64,000 nt of DNA from a virus (IMGVR_UViG_3300045988_166613:87720-151719), one strand, 5' to 3'; shown: positions 8,612 to 17,973, counted from the first letter of the stretch. Made by a program: numbers and translations. Notes: a model not told the origin generated them from the sequence alone.

Positions 8612-9055
8612 ATGGAAGTACATAGAATAAATGATTTTAAAGAAGGCAAATATTATCATCAACTAGGTAAGTTTGGAGAAAAACTTGATATTATTAATAC
8701 AAATTCTATATTTTTTATTAAAAATAATAAAATTTTTAGGAAATATAGTTCAGGGAAAATAAGTGAATGTTTAGAACCTTATAATATTATTATAAATGCT
8801 AAATTCACTTTGGCTGATACATTTATAGATTTTAAATTTCTTAAACATGGTGAGAAGGTTAAAGCTAAAATAAATGGTGTATGGAGAGATAGATATTATA
8901 TATCAAGCAAAAAAGATTTATTCCTTGATGGTAAAAGAGAATTAATAGTTTCTCTAGTAAATCCACTAATAGAAAAAGAAGAAAGATATTATGAATTAGC
9001 AGAAGCAATAATGCTCGAAAATGATTGTGTTGAATGTATTAATTGGCGTATTTAA
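8612..9055 (+). CDS. hypothetical protein
   Basis: ATG at 8612 follows SD AAGGAAGGA. No recognisable motif. Confidence 0.6.
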   Translation: MEVHRINDFKEGKYYHQLGKFGEKLDIINTNSIFFIKNNKIFRKYSSGKISECLEPYNIIINAKFTLADTFIDFKFLKHGEKVKAKINGVWRDRYYISSKKDLFLDGKRELIVSLVNPLIEKEERYYELAEAIMLENDCVECINWRI

Positions 9056-9096
9056 ACATAATTATAGAAAAATAGATATAAAGAGAGGATATTTAG

Positions 9097-9297
9097 ATGA
9101 AATTTGATGTTTTAGCATTGTATAGAAAAGGTTCAACTTCCTATACAATAAATCCCGTTTGGAGAATTGATTCACCATTTTTTAATGAAGATGAATGGTT
9201 TTTGAAAAATGAAGAAACAAAATCAACAGTTTTCATAGGAACTAAAAAAGAAATATTTGATAAGATGAGAGAATTGGGAATAGAAAAGGTGTTTTAA
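9097..9297 (+). CDS. hypothetical protein
   Basis: SD AGAGAGGA upstream. No recognisable motif. Confidence 0.55.
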   Translation: MKFDVLALYRKGSTSYTINPVWRIDSPFFNEDEWFLKNEETKSTVFIGTKKEIFDKMRELGIEKVF

Positions 9298-9306
9298 GGT
9301 GATAAC

Positions 9307-9480
9307 ATGAGAAGAATAATTTTTGAAGGAAGGAACTTTGATGTCATTAAGAAAGGTAATAATTATTTTGGTATAGAAAGAAATGGTAAAGAGTTTACTT
9401 CAGCAGATACATATTCTAAAGCTATAAAGAGAGTTAAATTAATGGATAGAGTATATGATTTAGGTTATTCTCAAGGTTGA
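9307..9480 (+). CDS. hypothetical protein (57 aa, below track cutoff)
   Basis: ATG follows SD AAGGTG. Fills an otherwise empty gap. Confidence 0.45.
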   Translation: MRRIIFEGRNFDVIKKGNNYFGIERNGKEFTSADTYSKAIKRVKLMDRVYDLGYSQG

Positions 9481-9517
9481 TGGGATAGCTACTAACAAAA
9501 GAATAGGAGGAAATAAT

Positions 9518-9736
9518 GTGAAAGATAATTTTACAATAATAAATAATGGATTAGAACAATTTTCTGATGAGACAAGTAGAGATGTAGATAAATTTACAAA
9601 ATCAATATATCCTTTTTATAAAGAACTAATCAATAAGGGGTATTCACATTTACAGATACAAAATATATTATTCTGTACATGTCTTAAATTAAAAATAGAT
9701 ATAGAATTCAATAATGAAGATAAATATATAAAATAG
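9518..9736 (+). CDS. hypothetical protein
   Basis: GTG start 7 nt after AGGAGGA. No recognisable motif. Confidence 0.5.
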   Translation: MKDNFTIINNGLEQFSDETSRDVDKFTKSIYPFYKELINKGYSHLQIQNILFCTCLKLKIDIEFNNEDKYIK

Positions 9737-9748
9737 GAGAAATAAAAA

Positions 9749-10018
9749 ATGAAATTAAAAGATAATGTAGACTTTAAAGAATTAGAGAAATATGATTTTA
9801 TAGAAGATCCAGATAATTGTGAAGAAGGAGAACATTATTACGGAGAAAATAATTACTATTATGAATTTAAAAGTTGTTATAGTGCAGAATTTAGATTGGT
9901 AGTCAATATACATACTAGAAAATTTGAAATATTAGCTATGGCTAAAAACACAGGTTTATTGCAACTATGTGATTTAGATATAATGGTGAAATTGATGAAA
10001 GATGGATTAATAGAATAA
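9749..10018 (+). CDS. hypothetical protein
   Basis: SD TAGGAGA upstream. No recognisable motif. Confidence 0.6.
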   Translation: MKLKDNVDFKELEKYDFIEDPDNCEEGEHYYGENNYYYEFKSCYSAEFRLVVNIHTRKFEILAMAKNTGLLQLCDLDIMVKLMKDGLIE

Positions 10019-10045
10019 TAACAAAAGAAGTTTATAAATTGCTTG

Positions 10046-10075
10046 TTTTAAATAAAAATAAATTAAAGAATAATC
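10046..10075 (+). repeat. AT-rich intergenic box, stand-alone copy (variant)
   Basis: Core AAATAAATTAAAGAAT at 10056-10071, directly upstream of SD AGAGGTG. Confidence 0.5.
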
Positions 10076-10090
10076 AAGAGGTGATATTTG

Positions 10091-10297
10091 ATGTATAAAG
10101 TTAGCAGTTGTTCAAGATGTGGTAAGGAATTAGGAGAAAATGAGATTTGTTCATGTAATGATAGAGGTAAGTGTCTAGGTTATACTGACGAAGAGTGTAT
10201 TAATTGTGGAAGACTAAGAGTTGAATTATTTGAAAATGGTGATGAAATATGCGAAAGATGTAAGTTTAATCAACTTACTGAAGAATTTGAATTTTAG
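10091..10297 (+). CDS. small zinc-ribbon protein
   Basis: Four CxxC-type pairs (CSRCG, CSC, CINCG, CERC). Confidence 0.55.
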   Translation: MYKVSSCSRCGKELGENEICSCNDRGKCLGYTDEECINCGRLRVELFENGDEICERCKFNQLTEEFEF

Positions 10298-10309
10298 GTG
10301 GTGATATAG

Positions 10310-10726
10310 ATGAAGGTTAGAACTTTCAAAGAGGTATATGATGATTTAGTTGACATTGACTTTGATACCAACAATGAGGGAGTCGTTACTGGTGAAGAAT
10401 ACGAAAAATGGGTTAAAGAACGATTTAGGAATTTAACAAGTGAGGAAGAACAGGCTTACGTTAAATGTTTAGATAATATATCGCAAGATACTGAAATAGT
10501 ATTATTTGAAGGAGAAAGCCATATGAAGGATGATTTATTAAAACTTAAAAAGTATTTAGAAAGAAGAATATCTATGAAAGAAATCGAAGTTGACAATTTA
10601 AATAAGAAAAACTTGAGCGATACTGGTCATTGGAGTAAGGGGTATTGGGAAGGTAATATAGCTGCTATGGATTTTGTGATTGGTAAAATAGATGAAATAT
10701 TGGATAAGGAGAATATTAATGAGTAG
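10310..10726 (+). CDS. hypothetical protein
   Basis: SD AGGTGGTG upstream. No recognisable motif. Confidence 0.6.
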   Translation: MKVRTFKEVYDDLVDIDFDTNNEGVVTGEEYEKWVKERFRNLTSEEEQAYVKCLDNISQDTEIVLFEGESHMKDDLLKLKKYLERRISMKEIEVDNLNKKNLSDTGHWSKGYWEGNIAAMDFVIGKIDEILDKENINE

Positions 10727-10982
10727 AGGAAACAAATTACAAAGCTTATCAGAATTTCAAAGGTATAATGATGATTTATCTGATTATGAATTAAAACAAA
10801 TATTAGATATTTATAAAAAGGTTATTTATAGAATAAAAAATAGAAGCAATAAATATAAATGCCCTTATTGTGGAGAATATTTAATTAAGGATTATGAGTA
10901 TATATATGACAATGGTACAAAAATAGAAGAATATAAATGTTTTCAGCATTATTATACTTACCAAACAACAATTAAACAATAA
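10719..10982 (+). CDS. hypothetical protein (CxxC...C..H)
   Basis: ATG at 10719 follows SD AAGGAGA. The track start at 10692 lies inside the previous gene. Confidence 0.55.
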   Translation: MSRGNKLQSLSEFQRYNDDLSDYELKQILDIYKKVIYRIKNRSNKYKCPYCGEYLIKDYEYIYDNGTKIEEYKCFQHYYTYQTTIKQ

Positions 10983-10995
10983 AAAGGATTAAAAG

Positions 10996-11220
10996 ATGAA
11001 AGTTAAAACAATGCTTGTAATTATTGATATTTGTTTATTTATATTGGGCGTGTTGTGTATCTTTAATAATAATGTTAATGACTTAAAACATTTAATAATT
11101 TTATTATTAATAAGTAATGCTTATTTTATAAATCGAACCTTTGATAATTATAAAGATAAGAGTATAAATATAGATCTTGTTGATATTTTAAAAAATATAG
11201 AAAATAAATTAAAGAAATAA
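10996..11220 (+). CDS. small membrane protein
   Basis: Two hydrophobic segments (LVIIDICLFILGVLCIF, IILLLISNAYFI). Confidence 0.55.
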   Translation: MKVKTMLVIIDICLFILGVLCIFNNNVNDLKHLIILLLISNAYFINRTFDNYKDKSINIDLVDILKNIENKLKK

Positions 11221-11236
11221 AGGAGAATTAACAATT

Positions 11237-11539
11237 ATGATAGTTAAATTAATAGAAAATCCTTGGGTTAGCGATACGTTTCCAGAGGGATTAACATTAG
11301 GAAATACCTATAAATGTACCGAAATATTTAATTCTAATCCATATGATGAATACTTTAGAATAGTTAATGATAATGGTGAAGAAGATGCTTGGAATAGTTG
11401 TTGCTTTGAAGTAGTAAAAGGAGAAAATAAAGAAAAACATAATGGTATGTTAAAAGAAATGAAAAAGATTGATGAATTTTTTGAAAAATATAAAGATGAA
11501 ATTAATGAAATTTATGAAAAAGTTTATAAGGAGAAATAG
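11237..11539 (+). CDS. hypothetical protein
   Basis: SD AAGGAGA upstream. No recognisable motif. Confidence 0.6.
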   Translation: MIVKLIENPWVSDTFPEGLTLGNTYKCTEIFNSNPYDEYFRIVNDNGEEDAWNSCCFEVVKGENKEKHNGMLKEMKKIDEFFEKYKDEINEIYEKVYKEK

Positions 11540-11544
11540 CAAAT

Positions 11545-11718
11545 ATGGAGTTTAAAATTTCCAATAGAGATAGAGATAAGTGTAAAAATTGTAAATGGAG
11601 CAGTTATTTACAATGTGTTCATGTAAAATTAAACGGAGTCTGTAGTTTAACTGGAGTAAAGGTTGCAAAAGATTATACCTATGGGAGAAGTTTAATGGAT
11701 TCAGTCGTTCATAAATAA
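11545..11718 (+). CDS. hypothetical Cys-rich protein (57 aa, below track cutoff)
   Basis: ATG follows AAGGAGA. Contains CKNCKW...C...C. Confidence 0.4.
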   Translation: MEFKISNRDRDKCKNCKWSSYLQCVHVKLNGVCSLTGVKVAKDYTYGRSLMDSVVHK

Positions 11719-11745
11719 TCTTTTAAAATGATAGTTTTATAAAAT

Positions 11746-11797
11746 GTTGAAATAAATTAAAGTTTCAATTGACATTTAGTATAATTGGTATTATACT
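11746..11797 (+). promoter_or_regulatory. AT-rich box + sigmaA promoter
   Basis: GTTGAAATAAATTAAAGTTTCAA is fused to TTGACA-N17-TATACT. Confidence 0.7.
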
Positions 11798-11850
11798 AAT
11801 AATTGTTAAGAGAAATAAAAAATATATTACATATAGAGGGAGAGAATATT

Positions 11851-11973
11851 ATGATACATAAACCATTTGAAGAAATGAGTAATGAAGAGGTTAAACAATA
11901 CCTTAGAGGAAAAGCTGAGCGTAAGGTTAAAAGAAAAATGATGAATAAATTTGCACTCAGAAAGTTTAAATAA
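11851..11973 (+). CDS. small basic peptide (40 aa)
   Basis: SD GAGGGAGAG upstream. It is the only + frame between the promoter and the next box. The track shows only a minus-strand shadow ORF here. Confidence 0.35.
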   Translation: MIHKPFEEMSNEEVKQYLRGKAERKVKRKMMNKFALRKFK

Positions 11974-11990
11974 ATTAAATAATTAATACA
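11964..11990 (+). repeat. AT-rich intergenic box, stand-alone copy
   Basis: GTTTAAATAAATTAAATAATTAATACA runs into SD AAGGAGA. Contains the stop of the preceding peptide. Confidence 0.6.
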
Positions 11991-12009
11991 TATAAGGAGA
12001 TGTTTTATT

Positions 12010-12321
12010 ATGAGAACTAATTTATTAAAAATAGACAAAGGAATAATTCACAAGTACAGAACATATGTAAAAGGAAACGAAACCAAAAGCATATTGGAAA
12101 TTAGAAAGCTTTTGACTAGAAATTTTATCCTAGGGGAAGAGATATGGACAGATAATGTAGAAAATGTACAAGCAAGAATGTTTGGTAATTTAAAAATAAT
12201 AGTTGATATGGAAGATTACCAGGTAAAGAATATTTATAATAATTTAGATAAAAGAAGAAATATTTACATAAATCAATTAGAGAAAGAAAATTTAAATAAA
12301 GTTTTAGAAATAGCTGCATAA
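12010..12321 (+). CDS. hypothetical protein
   Basis: SD AAGGAGA upstream. No recognisable motif. Confidence 0.6.
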   Translation: MRTNLLKIDKGIIHKYRTYVKGNETKSILEIRKLLTRNFILGEEIWTDNVENVQARMFGNLKIIVDMEDYQVKNIYNNLDKRRNIYINQLEKENLNKVLEIAA

Positions 12322-12335
12322 AGGGAGTGTTACAT

Positions 12336-12848
12336 ATGAAAAAAGAATTATTTCTTGTTATCGGAGAGTCTGGATGTGGAAAAGACTATTCTATTGATAG
12401 ACTTTGTAAAGAGTTTAAGAAGGGAAAAGTGGTTTCAAGAACCACTAGAGCAAGAAGACCTAATGAAAAAGGTACGCATCTATTCGTTGATAGTGAACAA
12501 GCAGATAAAGAATTTGATAAAGCAATAGCAAAAACAATAATTAATAATAATAGATATTATGTATTAGAAGAAGATTTAATCGATAAAACATTTTATGTGA
12601 TTGATTTTAAGGGTGTACATAATATGAAGGATAAAGATAAATACAATACTATAACAGTTTATATAGATGTAAATCCTTTTAAAAGAGCTTATAGAATGTT
12701 TAAAAGGAGAGATAAAATAAAAGATATTATATATAGATTAAAACATGATGGAAAAGAGTTAAGAGGATTTAAAGCTGATTTAACATTTAAGAATAATAAT
12801 GAGTTTTATGATTATTTTAAGGAGAAGTTTGAAAGTGAAAGAGTATAA
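12336..12848 (+). CDS. guanylate-kinase-like P-loop (d)NMP kinase
   Basis: Walker A 'GESGCGKD'. 'VVSRTTRARRPNEKGTHLFV' resembles the Gmk signature vS.TTR.pR.gE.dG..Y.FV. Confidence 0.5.
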   Translation: MKKELFLVIGESGCGKDYSIDRLCKEFKKGKVVSRTTRARRPNEKGTHLFVDSEQADKEFDKAIAKTIINNNRYYVLEEDLIDKTFYVIDFKGVHNMKDKDKYNTITVYIDVNPFKRAYRMFKRRDKIKDIIYRLKHDGKELRGFKADLTFKNNNEFYDYFKEKFESERV

Positions 12849-13035
12849 AATATTAGAAGTTGTAGCAGAACTAATAACAAATCCAAAAGTAGAGTTTAAA
12901 AGAGTAAATGATGAAGATTTTATAGTTTTCAGAGGAGATAGAGGGGCATTAATGTATAAAATAAAAGGTAGTAAATTTGCTAATCAAATGCAACTTTTTA
13001 ATTATACACAAGATTTATTTACTAAATGCGAATAA
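12835..13035 (+). CDS. hypothetical protein
   Basis: GTG at 12835 lies 9 nt after AAGGAGA. The track start at 12799 lies inside the previous gene. Confidence 0.5.
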   Translation: MKEYKILEVVAELITNPKVEFKRVNDEDFIVFRGDRGALMYKIKGSKFANQMQLFNYTQDLFTKCE

Positions 13036-13103
13036 TTACGACAAAATATTTTTAATATATATGTATTTTGGTTTAAATTACCATATTTTTTTCTGAAAAA
13101 TAA

Positions 13104-13112
13104 TGATATAAT
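13104..13112 (+). promoter_or_regulatory. extended -10 promoter (TGATATAAT)
   Basis: Consensus TGnTATAAT lies 50 nt upstream of the HTH gene. The -35 is poor. Confidence 0.45.
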
Positions 13113-13127
13113 AAAAAGAATATTAAA

Positions 13128-13142
13128 ATGAATTTAATTCAT
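13128..13142 (+). promoter_or_regulatory. operator-like palindrome
   Basis: ATGAATT-T-AATTCAT, a perfect 7-1-7 inverted repeat between the -10 and the SD of the HTH gene. Confidence 0.35.
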
Positions 13143-13161
13143 ATAGGAGATGAATTTTATT

Positions 13162-13458
13162 ATGGGTAATTGTAAAATCAGTTTTAAAAATATAAAGATG
13201 TATAGAAAAATGAAACATTATTCCCAATCAAGATTGGCTGAAGAAATTGGGACTAGCATTACCAAAATATCAAGGTTGGAAAATGATAAAGAAAAATTTC
13301 CTAGACTTGATGTCGTAGAGAAAATAGGTGATGTTTTAGAAGTATGTCCTTTTGATTTAATGACTTGTCATTGTGTGCATAAGAAGAAAAATGGTTGTAT
13401 GCATTGTGGTAAGAAATGCGAAAGAGTTAAAGAAATTGATAAAAGAAAGGAAGAGTGA
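13162..13458 (+). CDS. XRE-family HTH regulator with Cys/His-rich tail
   Basis: 'YSQSRLAEEIGTSITKISRLENDK' is a classic Cro/C1 HTH. C-terminal 'CPFDLMTCHCVHKKKNGCMHCGKKC'. Confidence 0.75.
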   Translation: MGNCKISFKNIKMYRKMKHYSQSRLAEEIGTSITKISRLENDKEKFPRLDVVEKIGDVLEVCPFDLMTCHCVHKKKNGCMHCGKKCERVKEIDKRKEE

Positions 13459-13459
13459 G

Positions 13460-15430
13460 ATGGAAAGTTATAGAAGTGAATCTAAGATAAAAGAAATGAA
13501 AAGTTTAATATCTGAATTGAATACTGCTAGTGATATGTATTATAATACTTCAAATACTATTATGAGTGATAAAGAATGGGATATTAAACTTGATAGATTA
13601 AAAGAATTAGAAAAAGAAACTGGAATAGTTTTAAATAACTCGCCTTCTGTTAATGTTGGATATGAAGTTAAAAGTAAACTAGAAAAAGTTAAGCATGAAT
13701 ATGTTTTAAGATCATTAGGTAAAACTCAAGATATAGATGAATTAAATAGCTTTATTGGTAATAAAAAAGCCGTAGGAATGCTTAAATTAGATGGTTTAAC
13801 AACAGATATTATATACGAAGATGGTAAATTAATAAAAGGAAGTACAAGAGGAAATGGAGAAATAGGGGAAAATATCACACACAATGTAAAAACTTATGTT
13901 AATGTTCCTCAAGAGATTAGATATAAAGGAAAAGTACATATAGTAGGAGAATCAATAGCAACGTATGATGTATTTAATGAAGTTAATTCTAAAATATTAA
14001 AGAAAGAAGATAGATTTAAGAATGCAAGAGGTTTAGCTATAGGAAGTGTAAGACAATTAGATAACAGTGTATGTAAAGAAAGAAAAATTCTATTCTTAGC
14101 TTATAATGTTTTTGGTAAAGATTTTATAAGTAAAGAAGGAGAATTAAAGTGGTTATCAGAACAAGGATTTGAAGTAGTCGATCATAGGATAGTAAATAAT
14201 CTTAATGAAGATATTGAAGAATTAAAAAATATAGCTGCTAACAAGCAAATCCCAATAGACGGATTAGTTTTCACTTATGATGATAAACTATACGGGGAGT
14301 CATTAGGTAATACAGCTCATCACCCTAATCATTCAATGGCATTCAAGTTTTATGACGAAGAAGAAGAAACAGTATTAAGAGAAGTTCAATGGCAAGTAGG
14401 AAGAACAGGGGTAATAACTCCAGTTGCGATATTTGAACCTGTAGAATTAGATGGTACGGAAGTAACTAAAGCAACTTTACATAATGTTAGTACAATGAAG
14501 AAATTTAAACTAGGTTTAGGAGACAAAATCACAGTTTATAAAGCAAATCAAATAATACCTCAAATCAGAGAAAATCTAACTCAATCAGACACATTAGAAA
14601 TACCTAGTAAATGTCCAGTATGTGGTCATAATACCAATATAAAAATAAGTGATAATGCTGAGTTCTTAATGTGTGAAAATCCTAATTGTAAAGCTCAATT
14701 AGTTCAAAAAATTAAGCATTATTGTAGTAGAAATGCTATGAATATTGAAGGTTTAAGTGAAAAGACAATAGAAAAATTTATTGAAAAAGGATATCTAAGT
14801 AGTATCGGAGATATTTATAAATTACAAGATAAAACAGAAATTAAAAGATTAGAAGGTTTTGGTATTAAATCATTTAATAATCTAGTTAAAAATATAGAAA
14901 AATCTAAGAAATGTAAATTAGAAAATTTTATATATGCTTTAGGTATTCCAAACGTAGGTAAAACAACAGCAAAAACATTTATAGAATTTATAAAAGGAGG
15001 TAATCCATATATTAAGCTATGTAATATTGAATTTTTAACGGTAGATGATTTGTTGAAAATGAAGGATTGTGGAGAAATAGTTGCTAATAGTATAATAGAC
15101 TGGTTTCACAATAAAGATAATATAAATCTAGTTAGTAGTTTTATAGATGAAATAGATTTTATAATAGAAGAAAAAGTAGAAGTTATAGCTAAAGAAAATC
15201 CATTAAAAGGTATGAAAGTTTATCCAACAGGAAAATTTACATTAAAGAAAAGTGAGTTAAAAACTAAATTAGAAGAATTAGGAGCTATAGTTGAAAGTGG
15301 ATATAAAAAATCACTAGATTATTTAATATTAGCTAATGATTCTAGTAAAAGTAGTAAAAAAGATAAAGCTATTAAAGATGGTGTTAAATTATTTACCGAA
15401 GAAGAGTTAATGAAACTATTGGAGGAATAA
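13460..15430 (+). CDS. ligA: NAD+-dependent DNA ligase
   Basis: KxDG adenylation site 'MLKLDGLT', Zn finger 'CPVCGH...CENPNC', HhH region and C-terminal BRCT-like region. ATG at 13460 lies 1 nt after the HTH stop. Confidence 0.9.
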   Translation: MESYRSESKIKEMKSLISELNTASDMYYNTSNTIMSDKEWDIKLDRLKELEKETGIVLNNSPSVNVGYEVKSKLEKVKHEYVLRSLGKTQDIDELNSFIGNKKAVGMLKLDGLTTDIIYEDGKLIKGSTRGNGEIGENITHNVKTYVNVPQEIRYKGKVHIVGESIATYDVFNEVNSKILKKEDRFKNARGLAIGSVRQLDNSVCKERKILFLAYNVFGKDFISKEGELKWLSEQGFEVVDHRIVNNLNEDIEELKNIAANKQIPIDGLVFTYDDKLYGESLGNTAHHPNHSMAFKFYDEEEETVLREVQWQVGRTGVITPVAIFEPVELDGTEVTKATLHNVSTMKKFKLGLGDKITVYKANQIIPQIRENLTQSDTLEIPSKCPVCGHNTNIKISDNAEFLMCENPNCKAQLVQKIKHYCSRNAMNIEGLSEKTIEKFIEKGYLSSIGDIYKLQDKTEIKRLEGFGIKSFNNLVKNIEKSKKCKLENFIYALGIPNVGKTTAKTFIEFIKGGNPYIKLCNIEFLTVDDLLKMKDCGEIVANSIIDWFHNKDNINLVSSFIDEIDFIIEEKVEVIAKENPLKGMKVYPTGKFTLKKSELKTKLEELGAIVESGYKKSLDYLILANDSSKSSKKDKAIKDGVKLFTEEELMKLLEE

Positions 15431-15432
15431 TT

Positions 15433-15654
15433 ATGAATAATGATAAAATATATGATAGTTTAACTAAAATAAAAGATGAAATAAAGGATTTTAAAAAATA
15501 CAATATTAACAATTATCATCATGAAAGATATTTTACTCAATCTGAGGGATTACAAATTTGTGATTTTATGGTTGATATAATTGAAAATATTCATGAATTA
15601 ATTGATAATATTGAAGATAATACAAAGGAAAATGATAGTGGTTTGTTTGATTAA
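15433..15654 (+). CDS. hypothetical protein
   Basis: Starts 2 nt after the ligA stop. No recognisable motif. Confidence 0.55.
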   Translation: MNNDKIYDSLTKIKDEIKDFKKYNINNYHHERYFTQSEGLQICDFMVDIIENIHELIDNIEDNTKENDSGLFD

Positions 15655-15673
15655 AAAGTTAGTTTTAATTAAT

Positions 15674-15697
15674 ATTAAAATAAATTAAATAATTAAT
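15674..15697 (+). repeat. AT-rich intergenic box, stand-alone copy
   Basis: ATTAAAATAAATTAAATAATTAAT lies directly before SD AAAGGAG. Confidence 0.6.
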
Positions 15698-15713
15698 AAA
15701 GGAGTAGATATAA

Positions 15714-15896
15714 ATGGAATTAGATATCGATACATGGATAAAAATGTTAACATCAATAATTGAATTAGGTAGAAAGAATGGTTTTGAAATATATAATCAA
15801 AGCTATAGTGATGATTTTCATGTTTTTAACGAAATTTGTAAATCTGATAAGTATTATAACACAGTATTTTTTAGTTATGATAAAAGAAATGATTAA
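15714..15896 (+). CDS. hypothetical protein
   Basis: SD AAAGGAG upstream. No recognisable motif. Confidence 0.5.
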   Translation: MELDIDTWIKMLTSIIELGRKNGFEIYNQSYSDDFHVFNEICKSDKYYNTVFFSYDKRND

Positions 15897-15931
15897 AAAT
15901 AGAATATTAATTGGTAGAAAGGTTGTTTTAT

Positions 15932-16381
15932 ATGAAGATTTGGCAAATATTAAAGAAAGAAAACATAGGAAAGATATATGAAAGTGATTCTAAACCATCT
16001 ATAAAAATAGTCATAAGAGAAGGAGAATTTGATAATAAAAAAGAAATAACGGCTATGACTATGACAGAATATGGAGAACAACAAACTTATTTTTCTATAA
16101 ATACTTCAAGTTTAAATATAGAATTTAATGAATGTAACAAAAGAAGAAAGAATAACGAAATTCCCGTTTTACAACTTAGAAGAAGAAAATCAAGAGAAAA
16201 TAAAGAGTTTGTTATTACATATATAATTGATTATGGATTTAGAGGTTGTTATGAATCAAAAATTAATACACAAATAGAAAAATATACACATGAAGAAGAT
16301 GCTTATGATAGATATTATTTATTAAGAAGACAGCCATATGTTCGTAATATTAAAATAGAAGAAAGAGAAGGTGTATTATAA
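15932..16381 (+). CDS. hypothetical protein
   Basis: ATG at 15932 follows GAAAGG. The track start at 15911 is TTG. Confidence 0.55.
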   Translation: MKIWQILKKENIGKIYESDSKPSIKIVIREGEFDNKKEITAMTMTEYGEQQTYFSINTSSLNIEFNECNKRRKNNEIPVLQLRRRKSRENKEFVITYIIDYGFRGCYESKINTQIEKYTHEEDAYDRYYLLRRQPYVRNIKIEEREGVL

Positions 16382-16384
16382 AGT

Positions 16385-16762
16385 ATGAAAAAAGATTTTT
16401 TAGTTTTTGGAGTAAAAAGTTTCACTGATATGTTTGGTGGTGCAAAAGGATATATAGGACAATTTAATAATATAGACGAGTTAATAGAATTAATAGAAAA
16501 GAAAAAAGAATGGATTTTTGAAGAAAGGATAGAAGGATTTAACTTTATAGATTTAAAAGCTGATGAAATTATTACTGATAATAATGAATATGAGGAATGG
16601 AATTTATTTTCAGAGCTTATAAGTTGGGAATATAAGGATTATACTTTTGACAAAGATGTATTAACAGAATTAGATGATATTTTAAAAAGAAGACAATCTC
16701 CGTGGTATTATTTTGTAAAAGATGTTGTAGAAAGAGAGGAACATAAAGATGAATACAGATAA
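16385..16762 (+). CDS. hypothetical protein
   Basis: Packed open frame. No recognisable motif. Confidence 0.55.
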   Translation: MKKDFLVFGVKSFTDMFGGAKGYIGQFNNIDELIELIEKKKEWIFEERIEGFNFIDLKADEIITDNNEYEEWNLFSELISWEYKDYTFDKDVLTELDDILKRRQSPWYYFVKDVVEREEHKDEYR

Positions 16763-17288
16763 AACATTAACTAAAAAGTTTTGTGAAAAAATAGATGACA
16801 GAGATTTATCATATAGTTTCACAACTAAAAAATTAGAGGAAGTAACTATAGATTATGTTATCAATAGATTGTTGCTAGATAGTTTCATGGTAGAGATAGA
16901 TGGTGATAGATATGATATTACATATGGTAAAAATAAAAAAGGAGAAATAGGATTCTCTCAAAGATATTATCCTAATGTTGTATCAAGATGTTCATTTGAA
17001 GTGACAAGAGATGCATTTGCTAAAGGTAAATGGTTTATAGTTACCGATGAAGATTTAACCCAAGAAGAACAAAAAGAAAAATTAGAAGAATTAGAGAAGA
17101 TGAAAGATAGAGAAGAATTATCAACTAGAAGGGATTGGATAGAAAGAATATTGGATCTTTTATTAAAAACAGATAAACAAAAAGCAAATAGGAAATCTTA
17201 TGAAGAAGAACTCATGAATATGAGCAGGGAAGAATTTATGGATTTTTTAGGAGATTTATTTGGAGGGGAAAGAAAAAATGAAGGTTAA
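16749..17288 (+). CDS. hypothetical protein
   Basis: Overlaps the previous gene by 14 nt. No recognisable motif. Confidence 0.55.
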   Translation: MNTDKTLTKKFCEKIDDRDLSYSFTTKKLEEVTIDYVINRLLLDSFMVEIDGDRYDITYGKNKKGEIGFSQRYYPNVVSRCSFEVTRDAFAKGKWFIVTDEDLTQEEQKEKLEELEKMKDREELSTRRDWIERILDLLLKTDKQKANRKSYEEELMNMSREEFMDFLGDLFGGERKNEG

Positions 17289-17424
17289 AGAATTGATTAA
17301 AGAGTTGCAGCAGCTAGATTAAGATAAAGAAATTAATATATATGATTATTCTTATGGAGAATCAAATCCAATTGGTTCAACTTATAAAAGCAAAGAAGAA
17401 TATATTATATATGCGACTGTATAA
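17278..17424 (+). pseudogene. small phage gene interrupted by an in-frame TAA (codon 15)
   Basis: 'MKVKELIKELQQLD*DKEINIYDYSYGESNPIGSTYKSKEEYIIYATV' reads in one frame. The stop is at 17320-17322. Confidence 0.45.
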
Positions 17425-17457
17425 AAGATTAATTTTAAAGAAAGCGAGGATTTATAA

Positions 17458-17973
17458 TTGAATATTGAGAAAATCAAAAGAAATAGACAAAGAAAAGATA
17501 AGTTAAAAAGACAATGGTATAAATTAATGTCGCCAATAGCTAATTATTTGGATGTAAGAGATCATGAAAAATGTAAAAATAATCAGAAATCCGCAGAGGA
17601 GTTGACAGATAAAGAAGTGATTAATTTAGTTGTCAAAGGTGTTATCAAAAAAATAAAGAAAACTGGAAAATTAGACGAGAAAATAACAGTATGTCAAAAA
17701 TTTATAGATTATGAATATAAATATCAAGGAATTTATGGATTTATCAATTCTATGAACACTTATTGGATAAAAAACAAAGTATTGAATTATTGGTGTTGGA
17801 ATAATGATAGAAATGAGAATATGGAAGATATATTAAAATTAACATCGCTTTTAAAAGAAGCATTGAAAAATAAAATAACAGGAATACAAATAGAAGAGTA
17901 CGTAGATGAATATAGTTCTAAGTGTTATTGGAGATATGAAAATTATCAAAAAACTATAAAAATAAGTATATAA
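17458..17973 (+). CDS. hypothetical protein
   Basis: TTG start 8 nt after GAGGA. No recognisable motif. Confidence 0.5.
   Translation: MNIEKIKRNRQRKDKLKRQWYKLMSPIANYLDVRDHEKCKNNQKSAEELTDKEVINLVVKGVIKKIKKTGKLDEKITVCQKFIDYEYKYQGIYGFINSMNTYWIKNKVLNYWCWNNDRNENMEDILKLTSLLKEALKNKITGIQIEEYVDEYSSKCYWRYENYQKTIKISI

Noticed and set aside
13373-13459. N-terminal extension of the ligase ORF (track start 13373, 'MCIRRKMVVCIVV...').
   Set aside because: It overlaps the 3' end of the HTH gene in another frame. The ATG at 13460 lies 1 nt after that gene's stop, and the ligase homology starts after it.
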